Below, in pieces: positions 30,005 to 39,814 of a DNA stretch of 64,000 nt. Every line of letters starts with the position of its first letter. Within the stretch, counting starts at the first letter, position 1. The notes below the pieces were generated by a model. It was not told the origin of the DNA, did no database searches, and saw only the letters and a list, made by a program, of their open reading frames with translations. The position numbers were made by a program, and so were the translations under genes. The stretch comes from Spirochaetota bacterium. Its GTDB lineage: Bacteria; Spirochaetota; JAAYUW01; JAOAHJ01. The stretch covers positions 11,638-75,637 of the forward strand of contig JAOAHJ010000026.1 in NCBI GenBank assembly GCA_026415295.1. Direction: 5' to 3'.

Positions 30005-30022
30005 AATTTTTATAATATTATT

Positions 30023-30718
30023 TTAATTATTTTCAAATATAATATTAATTATTTCATTATATAAAGCTAAGTGTCCTTCTTTATTTAAATGTATTCCATC
30101 ATCTAATAGCAAATTTTTATCTAAATTTTGCAAATCAATTACTTTAATATTATCATCTTCTTCTTTAATTTTATCTATAACTTTGTTATAATTATTTATT
30201 GTACAATTAAACATATATGATTTCTTTTCATTTTTTTCATTTGTATTTAATATTTTTATTAATATAATTTTAATATCTTTTACATTTTCTTTAGAATATT
30301 GTATTATTTTTTTTAAATTTTCATAATATTTATTTATTTCAACATAATGGATTTTTCTGAGCTTAGTTATAAAATATCTATATTTACTAAATAAGTTCAC
30401 TAAAAAATTTCCAAAACCAAATAAAAATTTATTTAAAAATGGTATTAAAAAATATGTTTCAAATCTAGTAAAAACCCTTGGCGCACAATCTACAATTCCT
30501 AAATGAATTATTAAAAAATTTGGTTGTAAATATAATATATCTTCTTTTAAATTTTCTTCTCTAGATTGCATATTAGTATCATTTGCTCTTTTTGACCTAT
30601 TAATAACCAAAATGTTTTTATAGGTACTTAATAAATATGGATATGTATCTTCAAATAAAATATTATTTTCTGGCCTAGGCAAGGATAAACTATCTCCTAA
30701 TATAACAATTTTAATCAA
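30023..30718 (-). CDS. SGNH/GDSL-family hydrolase (candidate sugar O-acetylesterase/acyltransferase)
   Basis: IVILGDSLS block I motif near N-terminus; DDGIHLN near C-terminus consistent with block V (DxxH). Confidence 0.55.
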   Translation of the reverse strand: MIKIVILGDSLSLPRPENNILFEDTYPYLLSTYKNILVINRSKRANDTNMQSREENLKEDILYLQPNFLIIHLGIVDCAPRVFTRFETYFLIPFLNKFLFGFGNFLVNLFSKYRYFITKLRKIHYVEINKYYENLKKIIQYSKENVKDIKIILIKILNTNEKNEKKSYMFNCTINNYNKVIDKIKEEDDNIKVIDLQNLDKNLLLDDGIHLNKEGHLALYNEIINIIFENN

Positions 30719-31674
30719 TTCTTAATACCTCCAATTTTTTGATAAATTAACAATTTTTTTTCTAATTCATCTATGGTACATAAAAGATCATATAATTTAT
30801 TTTTATTCATTAATGCTTCTAACATCTTTTTTAAACCTGGTTTAAATTTAATATCATCTTCATCCTCATTAATAATTTCTAACTCTCTACCAAAATTATC
30901 CTTTTGAATAGTTAATTTTTCTAAAGGGCATAGAATTAATTTAAATTCTTTACAATAAATTTCAATTAACCACCTTCCTTTAGATAGCCAATTTGAATGA
31001 TAAATAAAAGGAATATTTTTTTCAGATACTCCTAATCCATAATAAATATAATAATTATAATTTTCACTTTTTTTTGTAAAAAAAGCATTTAATATTTTTG
31101 GATTACCTATAATATTTAATACTAAATCTATAACATGAGATGAATTTGATATTATTAGATTTTGCTTAATAAGTTTTGGGTAATTTATTTCATCTATTCT
31201 TTCTAAAATTTCATTAAAAGAAAAAAATAAAGATTCTATTTTATTGGTTTCAATTATCTCTCTAACTTTTAGCACAGATGAATAAAACCTCCTATTATAT
31301 GCAATAAAAAAGTTTTTCTTTTTATTTTTTGCTATTTTATTTAACATTTTTGCTTCTTTAATATTTAGGCAAGCTGGTTTTTCAGATAATATTAAATTGC
31401 CAAGATTTGAATTTAAAATCAATTTATTAATATAAAATAAATTTTCTACATTTACTGTATTAATTATTAAATCAAAAAATATTTTATCATTATAGTTTAT
31501 TAAAAAATTTTCAAAACCCCCAATAAAAGTATTTTGAATATTAAAATTATTTTTCATTTTTAATATATTTTTTTCATTTCTTCCTACAATATATATATCA
31601 TTAATATTTAAACCTTTTAAGGTCTTATAATATTCTTCACACATATATCCTGCACCGATTATTAAAACTTTCAT
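30715..31674 (-). CDS. Gfo/Idh/MocA-family NAD(P) oxidoreductase (WbpB/PtmF-like candidate)
   Basis: MKVLIIGAGYM Rossmann start, EKP motif (LSEKPACL) typical of Gfo/Idh/MocA family. Confidence 0.55.
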   Translation of the reverse strand: MKVLIIGAGYMCEEYYKTLKGLNINDIYIVGRNEKNILKMKNNFNIQNTFIGGFENFLINYNDKIFFDLIINTVNVENLFYINKLILNSNLGNLILSEKPACLNIKEAKMLNKIAKNKKKNFFIAYNRRFYSSVLKVREIIETNKIESLFFSFNEILERIDEINYPKLIKQNLIISNSSHVIDLVLNIIGNPKILNAFFTKKSENYNYYIYYGLGVSEKNIPFIYHSNWLSKGRWLIEIYCKEFKLILCPLEKLTIQKDNFGRELEIINEDEDDIKFKPGLKKMLEALMNKNKLYDLLCTIDELEKKLLIYQKIGGIKN

Positions 31675-31697
31675 ATTAATATCCTTTTATTTTTTTA

Positions 31698-32672
31698 TTA
31701 AGTAATTGGAATAAAATCACCTAAAATTAATCTATTATATTTTTTTGAAAAACATTCTAAAAATTTTAAATGTAATTTCATCGAATTTAAATAATCAGGA
31801 AGAGTACTTGAACCATTATTAAAAATTTCATCGATAATTTTCCTACTAATAGTACTTTGATATTCTATTATTGGAGTATCTACTTCTGATATCATATTAT
31901 CTTTTATTGTAATCATTTTAGAATTTTTTTCTAAAATGATAAATGCATTATTTTCAAACTCTATAATAATTTCATCTTTCCCATAAAAAGAATTTAAATC
32001 ACTTATAACTAAAAAGGTATTTTTATTTCCCAAAATAATCTCACCATAAGCTTCAAGAAAATTTTTCCTTTTTGATTCAAAAAATTTTTTAATATTAATA
32101 TCTATTTCAAATTCATCAATATTTTCTTCATTATTTAAATAAAAATATAAATCTAACATATGTAAACAATTTGATAATAAATTCCAATTATATCCTAAAT
32201 ATTTAAAAAATAAAATTTTATAGTTATTTTTTTTTAATTCTAGTTTTAAGTTTTTATAAAAATTAAAAATCCTTCTTGGATGATTTACCCAAACTTTTAA
32301 ATTTTTATTTTTAATAATATCAAGAGCTTCGTAGTAATTGTCCAATTTTGAAAATAAAACTTTTTCTAATATTATATATTTAATTTCAAAATATTTATTA
32401 GCTTCTTTAAATAAATTAAATCTAATATCAGAATTAGTTGCAATTATTAAAAAATCAAAAATAATATTTTTCTTTTCCTCATATAAATTAAATAAATCTG
32501 GGTAAAATTTAACATTATTCAATTCTTTTTTGTTCAACAAAATTTTAGCATTTTCTATGGAATTAAAATTATTTTCAACTACATACAAAAAATTATTATT
32601 ATCTTTAAAAAGATCCTCTAAATATCTTTTACCAATATTCCCGCATCCTATTAACAAAATATTACGCATCAA
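31698..32672 (-). CDS. Gfo/Idh/MocA-like oxidoreductase (second, tandem)
   Basis: ILLIGCGNIGKRY Rossmann start, ILEKV motif; weaker than neighbour. Confidence 0.5.
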   Translation of the reverse strand: MMRNILLIGCGNIGKRYLEDLFKDNNNFLYVVENNFNSIENAKILLNKKELNNVKFYPDLFNLYEEKKNIIFDFLIIATNSDIRFNLFKEANKYFEIKYIILEKVLFSKLDNYYEALDIIKNKNLKVWVNHPRRIFNFYKNLKLELKKNNYKILFFKYLGYNWNLLSNCLHMLDLYFYLNNEENIDEFEIDINIKKFFESKRKNFLEAYGEIILGNKNTFLVISDLNSFYGKDEIIIEFENNAFIILEKNSKMITIKDNMISEVDTPIIEYQSTISRKIIDEIFNNGSSTLPDYLNSMKLHLKFLECFSKKYNRLILGDFIPIT

Positions 32673-33945
32673 GACCTCCTTTAATTTTTAGTAACCAAGG
32701 CATTTTATAAATATTAGAACTTAGCATCCATGTAAATAAAAATTTAATAATCATAATTATCAAATAAGAAAAAGAAGCTCCAATTAAGCCATATTTTCTA
32801 ATTAATAAAATATTAATAGGAATATTTAATAAACCAGTTAAAAATGTTACTATAGCTAAAAAGTAATTTTTATTAACATATGGTATATAAATTGCAACCA
32901 TATAGTACATTCCATTAAAAGCATTTCCTATACATAACCAAAAAACAATAGAAGATGATAATTGAAATTTTTTTCCTAAAAGATACTTTATAAATAAAGG
33001 TGCAAAAAAACCAAAAATTATAGAAAATATAATAACCAAAATGAAATAAATATAAGTAAATAATACAATTTTAAATTTAATTGATTCATTATTTAAACTT
33101 AATTTTTCAAAAAGCCAAGGGTTATAAGCATTTTTAAAAGATTCTATAAATAAATTAATAATCATAGATATTTGGACAGCGGTTGTATATATACCTGTTT
33201 TTTCCAATCCTAAAAGATTTGTTATAATAAATCTTGTAGATACAATATCTAATATACCCCCTAATGTATGTGGAATTAATGGCAAACCAAAATTTAATGC
33301 ATCTTTAATATATTCTATATTTATTCTCCACTCTATAAAATTTTTTAATAAATTAAAAACTGAAATTAAACCAAAAAATAATGTAGCTAAAAAAATAGCA
33401 ATAATTCTACCTTCCCACTTCATTTTTAGAAGAACTACTAAAATTACAGAAAAAATTACATTTAAAAAACTTTGACCAATTTGAATTAATCCATAATACT
33501 TTGCTTTTTTTTGTACTTGATAAATAGAAAGATTAGATAAAATCAAAAACTGTAAAAATGAAAAAATAACTGCAACTAGTATCCATATTTTTGGAACACC
33601 AGAATATTTATAAATAAAATCTAAAAATAATAAAACAATTATAAAAGTAATAAAAGAACTTATAAATAGTATAAAAACACAATTAGCAACATATTCTTTA
33701 AAGTTAATCTTTTTTTCAAAATAAACTCTAGTTATTGCTCCATGAACACTTAACCCCGTAAAAACACTAATAATAGAAACAAGCATTAGAAACATTGAAG
33801 TTATTCCATATTCTTCAGGAGAAAGATATCTTGTTAAAATTGGCATAAGAAAAAATGGTATTGCTGAATTAATAATAGAAGTAATAGTATAAATACTAGA
33901 TGTTTTAAATAAAGAATTGCTAAATATTTTTTTAACTATATTCAT
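32662..33945 (-). CDS. wzx: Wzx-type flippase (MOP/MATE superfamily polysaccharide biosynthesis protein)
   Basis: 427 aa, about 12 TM segments, no soluble domain; typical Wzx architecture and position. Confidence 0.7.
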   Translation of the reverse strand: MNIVKKIFSNSLFKTSSIYTITSIINSAIPFFLMPILTRYLSPEEYGITSMFLMLVSIISVFTGLSVHGAITRVYFEKKINFKEYVANCVFILFISSFITFIIVLLFLDFIYKYSGVPKIWILVAVIFSFLQFLILSNLSIYQVQKKAKYYGLIQIGQSFLNVIFSVILVVLLKMKWEGRIIAIFLATLFFGLISVFNLLKNFIEWRINIEYIKDALNFGLPLIPHTLGGILDIVSTRFIITNLLGLEKTGIYTTAVQISMIINLFIESFKNAYNPWLFEKLSLNNESIKFKIVLFTYIYFILVIIFSIIFGFFAPLFIKYLLGKKFQLSSSIVFWLCIGNAFNGMYYMVAIYIPYVNKNYFLAIVTFLTGLLNIPINILLIRKYGLIGASFSYLIIMIIKFLFTWMLSSNIYKMPWLLKIKGGLDA

Positions 33946-34645
33946 TATTATTTATTCTTTCCTTTAAAACTAATTCAGCTAATTTTAAATCAAAAAATTC
34001 ATCAATATCTATAGAATCTTCTCTATTCATTATAAAACCATAAATATCTTTTTTAATAAAAAAAGTTTTATGTTTTAAATATTGATCTACTTTACAAATA
34101 TATATAGCACCATTAAGTCTATAATATTTAGGTAAATCTTGAGATCTTTTATTTAAAAATTTTTTCTTAATAAAATTTGACATACTTAAGTTAGAAGGAA
34201 GTTTATTACACCATTGTAAAGGATAATCTACTTCACATACTGATATAATACAATTTGCACTTTTATTAATTAAAAAATCAATAGCACCATCTATATGTTT
34301 TTCATTTCTTAAAGGACTAGTAGGTTGAAGTAAAATAATAAATGCAGATTTATCTATATTATATTTTTTTATTATATATAAAATAACATCATCAGTTGAA
34401 GCATTATCAGTAGAAAGATAAGATGGTCTTTGATCTATAATTATATTATATCTTTCACAAATATTTTTAATTTTTTCATCATCGGTAGTAACAATAATTT
34501 TGTCTATATATTTACTCTTTAAGGCTGATTCAATAGTCCAACTAATTAACGGCTTGCCATTTAATGGGAAATAATTTTTACCTTTAATTCTTTTACTTCC
34601 GCCCCTAGCAGGAATAATAGCGATAAATCTTTCGTTATTATTCAT
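33932..34645 (-). CDS. CMP-nonulosonate synthetase (acylneuraminate cytidylyltransferase family; LegF/NeuA-like)
   Basis: IAIIPARGGSKRIKGKN...LQPTSPLR motifs of CMP-NeuAc synthetase family. Confidence 0.85.
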   Translation of the reverse strand: MNNNERFIAIIPARGGSKRIKGKNYFPLNGKPLISWTIESALKSKYIDKIIVTTDDEKIKNICERYNIIIDQRPSYLSTDNASTDDVILYIIKKYNIDKSAFIILLQPTSPLRNEKHIDGAIDFLINKSANCIISVCEVDYPLQWCNKLPSNLSMSNFIKKKFLNKRSQDLPKYYRLNGAIYICKVDQYLKHKTFFIKKDIYGFIMNREDSIDIDEFFDLKLAELVLKERINNNEYS

Positions 34646-35700
34646 AATTTAAATCTCTCAATGACTTTTTTATATTCTTCCCACTGCCCAACATCTATCC
34701 AAGAATCTTCACTAATAGGATAAACTCCTATTTTATAATTATTTCTTTTTGAAACATTTATTAAATCTGTAGCATGGAAAAACTCATTTTCAGGGATTAT
34801 ATTTAAAACATTACTATTAATAACATACATTCCTGTATTTATCAAAAAATTCATTTCAGGCTTTTCTTTTATTTCATAAAGTAGTCCATCTTTAATTTCA
34901 CAAACACCATAAGGAATTTTATAATTTTTTGCAGATACAACAATTGTTATATGATTATTATTTTTATAATGAAAATCACACAAATCATAATAATCAATGT
35001 CAATAATAATATCACAATTTGTTAAAATAAAATAATCAGATTTTATCTTACCTTTAAGTAAATATAAACTCCCAGCTGTACCTAAGGGTTTTTCTTCTTG
35101 CAAATAAGTAATATTAAAAGGTAAATTAATTTCTGAAAAATAAGATTTAATAATATATGATTTATAATTAACAGACAAATAAAAATCTAAAATGCCATAT
35201 TCATAAAATTTACCCATAATAATTTCTAAAATAGTTTTATCCCCAATCGGAATAAGAGGTTTTGGTAAAATTTTCGTAAAAGGTTCCAATCTTGTCCCAA
35301 ATCCACCAGCCATTATAACAACAGGTATTTTAAGCTCCTTGAAAATTGCTAATTTGGAATCAATTTTTGATTCTTCTAATATTAAAATTTCAACAATTGT
35401 ATCATTATCTGAAATTACAGGAACATATTTGATCTCTTTGCTTATAGCTTCCTCCACTATCTCTTTTTTATCATATCCTAATTTTACTTTAAATGTATTC
35501 TTATTGCAAACATCTTTTACTTCTCCATCAAGAGACCCTGTTTTTAAAATGTATCTTCTTATATCACCATCCGTTAAAGATCCTATTAGCTTATTATTTT
35601 CATCAACAACAAATAAGATTTTTTTAGCTGTTTTATCTAGAATTTTCATTGCATCAATAATATTTGTATTTTTATTTACTAATAAATCTAAAATATTCAT
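34642..35700 (-). CDS. Tandem-CBS plus nucleotidyltransferase protein (PtmE-like GlcN-1-P guanylyltransferase of GDP-type legionaminic acid pathway)
   Basis: N-terminal CBS pair (LFVVDENNKLIGSLTDGDIRR), then VIMAGGFGTRLEPFTKILPKPLIPIG sugar-1-P nucleotidyltransferase motif. Confidence 0.75.
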   Translation of the reverse strand: MNILDLLVNKNTNIIDAMKILDKTAKKILFVVDENNKLIGSLTDGDIRRYILKTGSLDGEVKDVCNKNTFKVKLGYDKKEIVEEAISKEIKYVPVISDNDTIVEILILEESKIDSKLAIFKELKIPVVIMAGGFGTRLEPFTKILPKPLIPIGDKTILEIIMGKFYEYGILDFYLSVNYKSYIIKSYFSEINLPFNITYLQEEKPLGTAGSLYLLKGKIKSDYFILTNCDIIIDIDYYDLCDFHYKNNNHITIVVSAKNYKIPYGVCEIKDGLLYEIKEKPEMNFLINTGMYVINSNVLNIIPENEFFHATDLINVSKRNNYKIGVYPISEDSWIDVGQWEEYKKVIERFKL

Positions 35701-35718
35701 ATAAAACTACCATAAAAT

Positions 35719-36888
35719 TTAAATTTTAAAAAATGATTTTTTAATCTTATCAAAATCTAAATTTCTTATTATATCTAATATTTTCTTTGATGTATTACCA
35801 TCACCATAAGGGTAAAAATTAATATTTTTAATTTTTTCTCTAAAATCCTCACTCAAAGCTAGATTTATAGCCTTAATTATTGAGTTTTTATCATAATCAC
35901 AATCAATAATACTTTCTGTTTTTATTCTTCCATTTTGTCTACTACCAATATTAACTGTAGGAACCTTAAAATAAGGTACTTCAACAATTCCACTAGATGA
36001 GTTACCAATTACTGCATCAACATATCTTATAGTACTTAAATAAAACAATTGCCCCATGGATGTAAAAAGAACAGCCTTACTTTTATTTTTTTTTACATAA
36101 TTTTCTATATATTTATTTATTATTCTTCCTTTTGGATCAGCATTGGATTTTGTAAAAATTAACAAAGTATCTTCAAATTCATCTAGTGCTTCCAATAAAT
36201 TTTTTATTTGTTTTTCTACATCCATTTCTTCTATTGTTGGGGGATGAAATGTTATTAGAAAATTATGTCTCTTAAACTTTATACCAATTTTTTTTTCAAT
36301 CTCATTAAAATTTAAAAAATTCATATTTTTTATATTATCTATAGAAATATCTCCAACAACATATACATTTTCTGGATTTTCTCCTAATTGAATAACATTT
36401 CTTTTATATTCTTCTGTAGAAACAAAATGAATATGACTTAATTTAGTTATACAATGTCTAAAACCATCGTCTAAAGATCCTTCTGTGATCTCTCCTCCAT
36501 TTAAGTGAATTAATATAATTTTATTAATATAACAACAAATTGCAAAAATTAAAGATTCAAATCTATCGCCTAAAACTATAGCCATGGTTGGTTTTAATCT
36601 TTTTAATGCATCAGCAAACCCAATCAAACCTAAACCCATTGATTTTAATATTCCTTCATTGGTATCTGATGATAATAATATTTCAATTTTTTCATTTATT
36701 TTAAAATTATCTTTTTCAATATCTTTATAAGTCAATCCAAACTCTGGAGATAAGTGCATACAAGAAACTAATAATTGTAAAGAAAATTCTTTATTTTTTT
36801 TAATTTCACACAATAATGGTCTTAACAAACCATATTCTGATCTAGAACCGGTAAATACACAAATCTTATTAATTTTTTTCTTTTTCAT
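35719..36888 (-). CDS. Hydrolysing UDP/GDP-HexNAc 2-epimerase (NeuC/LegG family)
   Basis: KICVFTGSRSEYGLLRPL...HLNGGEITEGSLDDGFRHCITKLSHIHF typical of NeuC-type hydrolysing epimerases. Confidence 0.85.
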   Translation of the reverse strand: MKKKKINKICVFTGSRSEYGLLRPLLCEIKKNKEFSLQLLVSCMHLSPEFGLTYKDIEKDNFKINEKIEILLSSDTNEGILKSMGLGLIGFADALKRLKPTMAIVLGDRFESLIFAICCYINKIILIHLNGGEITEGSLDDGFRHCITKLSHIHFVSTEEYKRNVIQLGENPENVYVVGDISIDNIKNMNFLNFNEIEKKIGIKFKRHNFLITFHPPTIEEMDVEKQIKNLLEALDEFEDTLLIFTKSNADPKGRIINKYIENYVKKNKSKAVLFTSMGQLFYLSTIRYVDAVIGNSSSGIVEVPYFKVPTVNIGSRQNGRIKTESIIDCDYDKNSIIKAINLALSEDFREKIKNINFYPYGDGNTSKKILDIIRNLDFDKIKKSFFKI

Positions 36889-37886
36889 AATTCAATAAAT
36901 TCATCCCTTTCGAAATCTCTAGAAGCAATTTTACCTATTATTTCTTTCCATCTCATTGGATTAATTCCATAACCTGGCCGTTTTGTTGTTATATTCATTT
37001 CAGAAAAAATTTCTCCTTTTTTTATATCTCTACTTGCAACTATACTTTTCCTTGCAATATTAATATTTTTTAATTCTGATTTTGTAGGTTTTTTTATACC
37101 ATCACCTAAAGCAGCCTCAACATTTCTTATACATTTAATCATTAATCTTAATTCATCAGGTTCAAGACTAGCTTTATGATCAGGTCCTGGCAAATTTTTA
37201 TCTAAAGTAAAGTGTTTCTCTATCACCTCTGCTCCTAAAGCTACAGCTGCAATTGGAATTTCTATTCCTAAAGTATGATCTGAATAACCAACTTTAACTT
37301 TAAATGCATCTCTTATGGTCAACATAGCTTTCAAATTTACATCTTCATATGGAGTAGGATATTCTGTATTACAATGCATTAAAATTATTTTTTCTCTTTG
37401 AGTTCCTGAACTTGTAAGTACATCAATAGCATCTTCAATTTCTCCCAAATCAGACATCCCAGTAGATAGAATAATATTTTTATTAAATCTACCAATTTTG
37501 GCTAAATAAGGATAGTTATTAATCTCACCACTTGGAATTTTAAAAGTATCCAATCCTAATTTATCTAAAAATTCAATACTTTTTATATCAAAAGCTGATG
37601 ATAAAAATTTAATATTTTTTAACTCACAATAATTTTTTAATTCTATAAATTCACTAAAACTCAATTCAAGTTTTTTTGCCATTTCTAATTGATTTTTATA
37701 ACTTTCCAAATTTTTCTTTTGATATTCTGCTAAAGTAGCATAATTTGTAATTTCTTCCTCTGAAATGAATGTTTGAAATTTAACATAATCTGCTCCACAA
37801 TTAACTGCTTCATCTATAAGTCTTTTTGCAAGTCTTATATCTCCGTTATGATTAACTCCAATTTCAGCTATTACAATTACTTTCAT
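36885..37886 (-). CDS. Nonulosonic acid synthase (NeuB/LegI/PseI family)
   Basis: VIAEIGVNHNGDIRLAKRLIDEAVNCGADYVKFQTF TIM-barrel N-terminus and C-terminal antifreeze-like domain pattern of NeuB. Confidence 0.9.
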   Translation of the reverse strand: MKVIVIAEIGVNHNGDIRLAKRLIDEAVNCGADYVKFQTFISEEEITNYATLAEYQKKNLESYKNQLEMAKKLELSFSEFIELKNYCELKNIKFLSSAFDIKSIEFLDKLGLDTFKIPSGEINNYPYLAKIGRFNKNIILSTGMSDLGEIEDAIDVLTSSGTQREKIILMHCNTEYPTPYEDVNLKAMLTIRDAFKVKVGYSDHTLGIEIPIAAVALGAEVIEKHFTLDKNLPGPDHKASLEPDELRLMIKCIRNVEAALGDGIKKPTKSELKNINIARKSIVASRDIKKGEIFSEMNITTKRPGYGINPMRWKEIIGKIASRDFERDEFIEL

Positions 37887-37895
37887 ATTTATTCC

Positions 37896-38567
37896 TTAAT
37901 ATTTATCATTATCTCTTATAACCCTACAAGGATTTCCATAAGCTATTTTATTATCAGGTATATCTTTAGTCACAACCGAACCAGCTCCAATTATACAATT
38001 TTTGCCTATTTTTCGTCCCAAAGTAATAATAACTCCATCATCTAAAAGAGTATTTTCATCAATTATAACTCCTCCAGATAAAATAACACCTGAAGCAATA
38101 TAAACATTATCATTTATAATATTATCATGATTAACTTGAGAACCTGTATTTATTACAACATTATTTCCAATTACTGGATTTGGAGTTATTAAACACCCAC
38201 ATTCTATTAAAACCCCTTTACCAATTTTAGCATTTTTACTAATAATGGCATCAGGATGAATAATATTAACAGGCTCCCAATTATTATCTACTAAAAATTT
38301 ATATAAAGAAATTCTTAATTTCATTGATCCTAAAGAAATAAAAAATTTATTTGTATTATATTTTTTTCTAATATTATCCAACCAATATTTATCATAATCC
38401 TTATAATCATGCAATACTGGGATTCCTTCAATTTCCTTACCCCACAAATTTTGATTAATATCCGCAATACCAACAGGAATATATTTCTTTTGTTCGTACA
38501 AATTATATAATACTACATTTAATTGTTGACCAGCTCCAAATAATATAATTTTTTCCTTAATCTTCAT
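37896..38567 (-). CDS. PglD/NeuD-family hexapeptide sugar N-acetyltransferase (LegH-like)
   Basis: N-terminal Rossmann-like ILFGAGQQ then left-handed beta-helix hexapeptide repeats. Confidence 0.75.
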   Translation of the reverse strand: MKIKEKIILFGAGQQLNVVLYNLYEQKKYIPVGIADINQNLWGKEIEGIPVLHDYKDYDKYWLDNIRKKYNTNKFFISLGSMKLRISLYKFLVDNNWEPVNIIHPDAIISKNAKIGKGVLIECGCLITPNPVIGNNVVINTGSQVNHDNIINDNVYIASGVILSGGVIIDENTLLDDGVIITLGRKIGKNCIIGAGSVVTKDIPDNKIAYGNPCRVIRDNDKY

Positions 38568-38610
38568 TTTTAATCTCCATTTTTAAAATTTTTTTAAATT
38601 ATATCCTTTT

Positions 38611-39792
38611 TCATATTCTGTACCCACTTGGAATATTTACTAATCTTTCTTCTATCCATTCACTATTTTTTAAATCAACTTTAAAACAATTTTTATACAT
38701 CGGTAGTTTATGCATTAATCTCCATACAGGTCTTGTCATAACTCCATTTTTATTAGTAAATTCAAGAAAATTATCCCTTTCTTCCTTATTACTTAATAAT
38801 ATAGCATTTAACCAATAATTTGATTTGCAACCTTCCGGTTCCTTTACAAATTTAACATAAAATTGATTAATATCATTTAAACTATTTCTTTTATATTTAC
38901 CTATATAATCTTCATACATTTTAGCAGTTTCTCTTTTATTATTAAGAATTTTATCAATATACTCCATTTGAGCAAAACCTATAGCTGCATTTACATTAGG
39001 TAATCTATAATTATAACCTACTTCATCATGTATATATTCCCATGGATGAGGAACCTTTGCAGTTTTCGTAACATGAATAAGTTTTTTGGCTAAATCATCA
39101 TCATTTGTTAAAATCATCCCTCCACCACCAGTAGTCACTGTTTTATTTCCATTGTAACTTAAAACCCCAGCAATACCAAATGTACCACAATGTTTATTTT
39201 TATAATAAGAACCAAGTGCTTCAGTAGCATCTTCTATAACAGGAAGATTAAATCTATTTGCTATATCAATTATTTTATCTATTTTACATGGGTGACCAAA
39301 AATATGAACAGGAACTACTGCTTTTACTTTTCTTTTAGTATTTTTATTAACTAATACTTTTTCCTTTTTGTCAAATTTAGTGTTCTTAACTAAAAACTCT
39401 TCTAAGCTTTCAGGGCTCATTCCTAGTGTATCAATATCGACATCAATAAATACAGGATAAGCTCCACAATGAGCAATAGAATTTGAAACAGCAACAAAAG
39501 TTAAAGCTTGTGTTATTACCTCATCTCCATATTCTACTCCAATAGTTTTCAGGGTAATATGTAAACCTGCTGTACCATTAACAACAGCTATAGCATATTT
39601 AGATTTTGTAAAATTTGCTGTAATTTTCTCAAATTTATCTACAAATTCTCCAACATATGATACAAAAGTAGAATCAATGCATTCTATTAAATATTTCTTT
39701 TCATTTCCTATAAATACCGGTTCATGAAGACCAACTTTGTCTTTTTTATAAATTTCCTTTATAAATTTAATAAAATCTTCAAAAAAATTCAT
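38611..39792 (-). CDS. DegT-family aminotransferase (LegC/PglE-like)
   Basis: AVVNGTAGLHITL, SYNGNKTVTTGGGG lysine region of sugar aminotransferases. Confidence 0.85.
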   Translation of the reverse strand: MNFFEDFIKFIKEIYKKDKVGLHEPVFIGNEKKYLIECIDSTFVSYVGEFVDKFEKITANFTKSKYAIAVVNGTAGLHITLKTIGVEYGDEVITQALTFVAVSNSIAHCGAYPVFIDVDIDTLGMSPESLEEFLVKNTKFDKKEKVLVNKNTKRKVKAVVPVHIFGHPCKIDKIIDIANRFNLPVIEDATEALGSYYKNKHCGTFGIAGVLSYNGNKTVTTGGGGMILTNDDDLAKKLIHVTKTAKVPHPWEYIHDEVGYNYRLPNVNAAIGFAQMEYIDKILNNKRETAKMYEDYIGKYKRNSLNDINQFYVKFVKEPEGCKSNYWLNAILLSNKEERDNFLEFTNKNGVMTRPVWRLMHKLPMYKNCFKVDLKNSEWIEERLVNIPSGYRI

Positions 39793-39814
39793 TTTCTACC
39801 TTCTCAAAATATTT

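Noticed and set aside
37773-38045. 90-aa plus-strand ORF
   Set aside because: Antisense across the NeuB-like and acetyltransferase gene junction.
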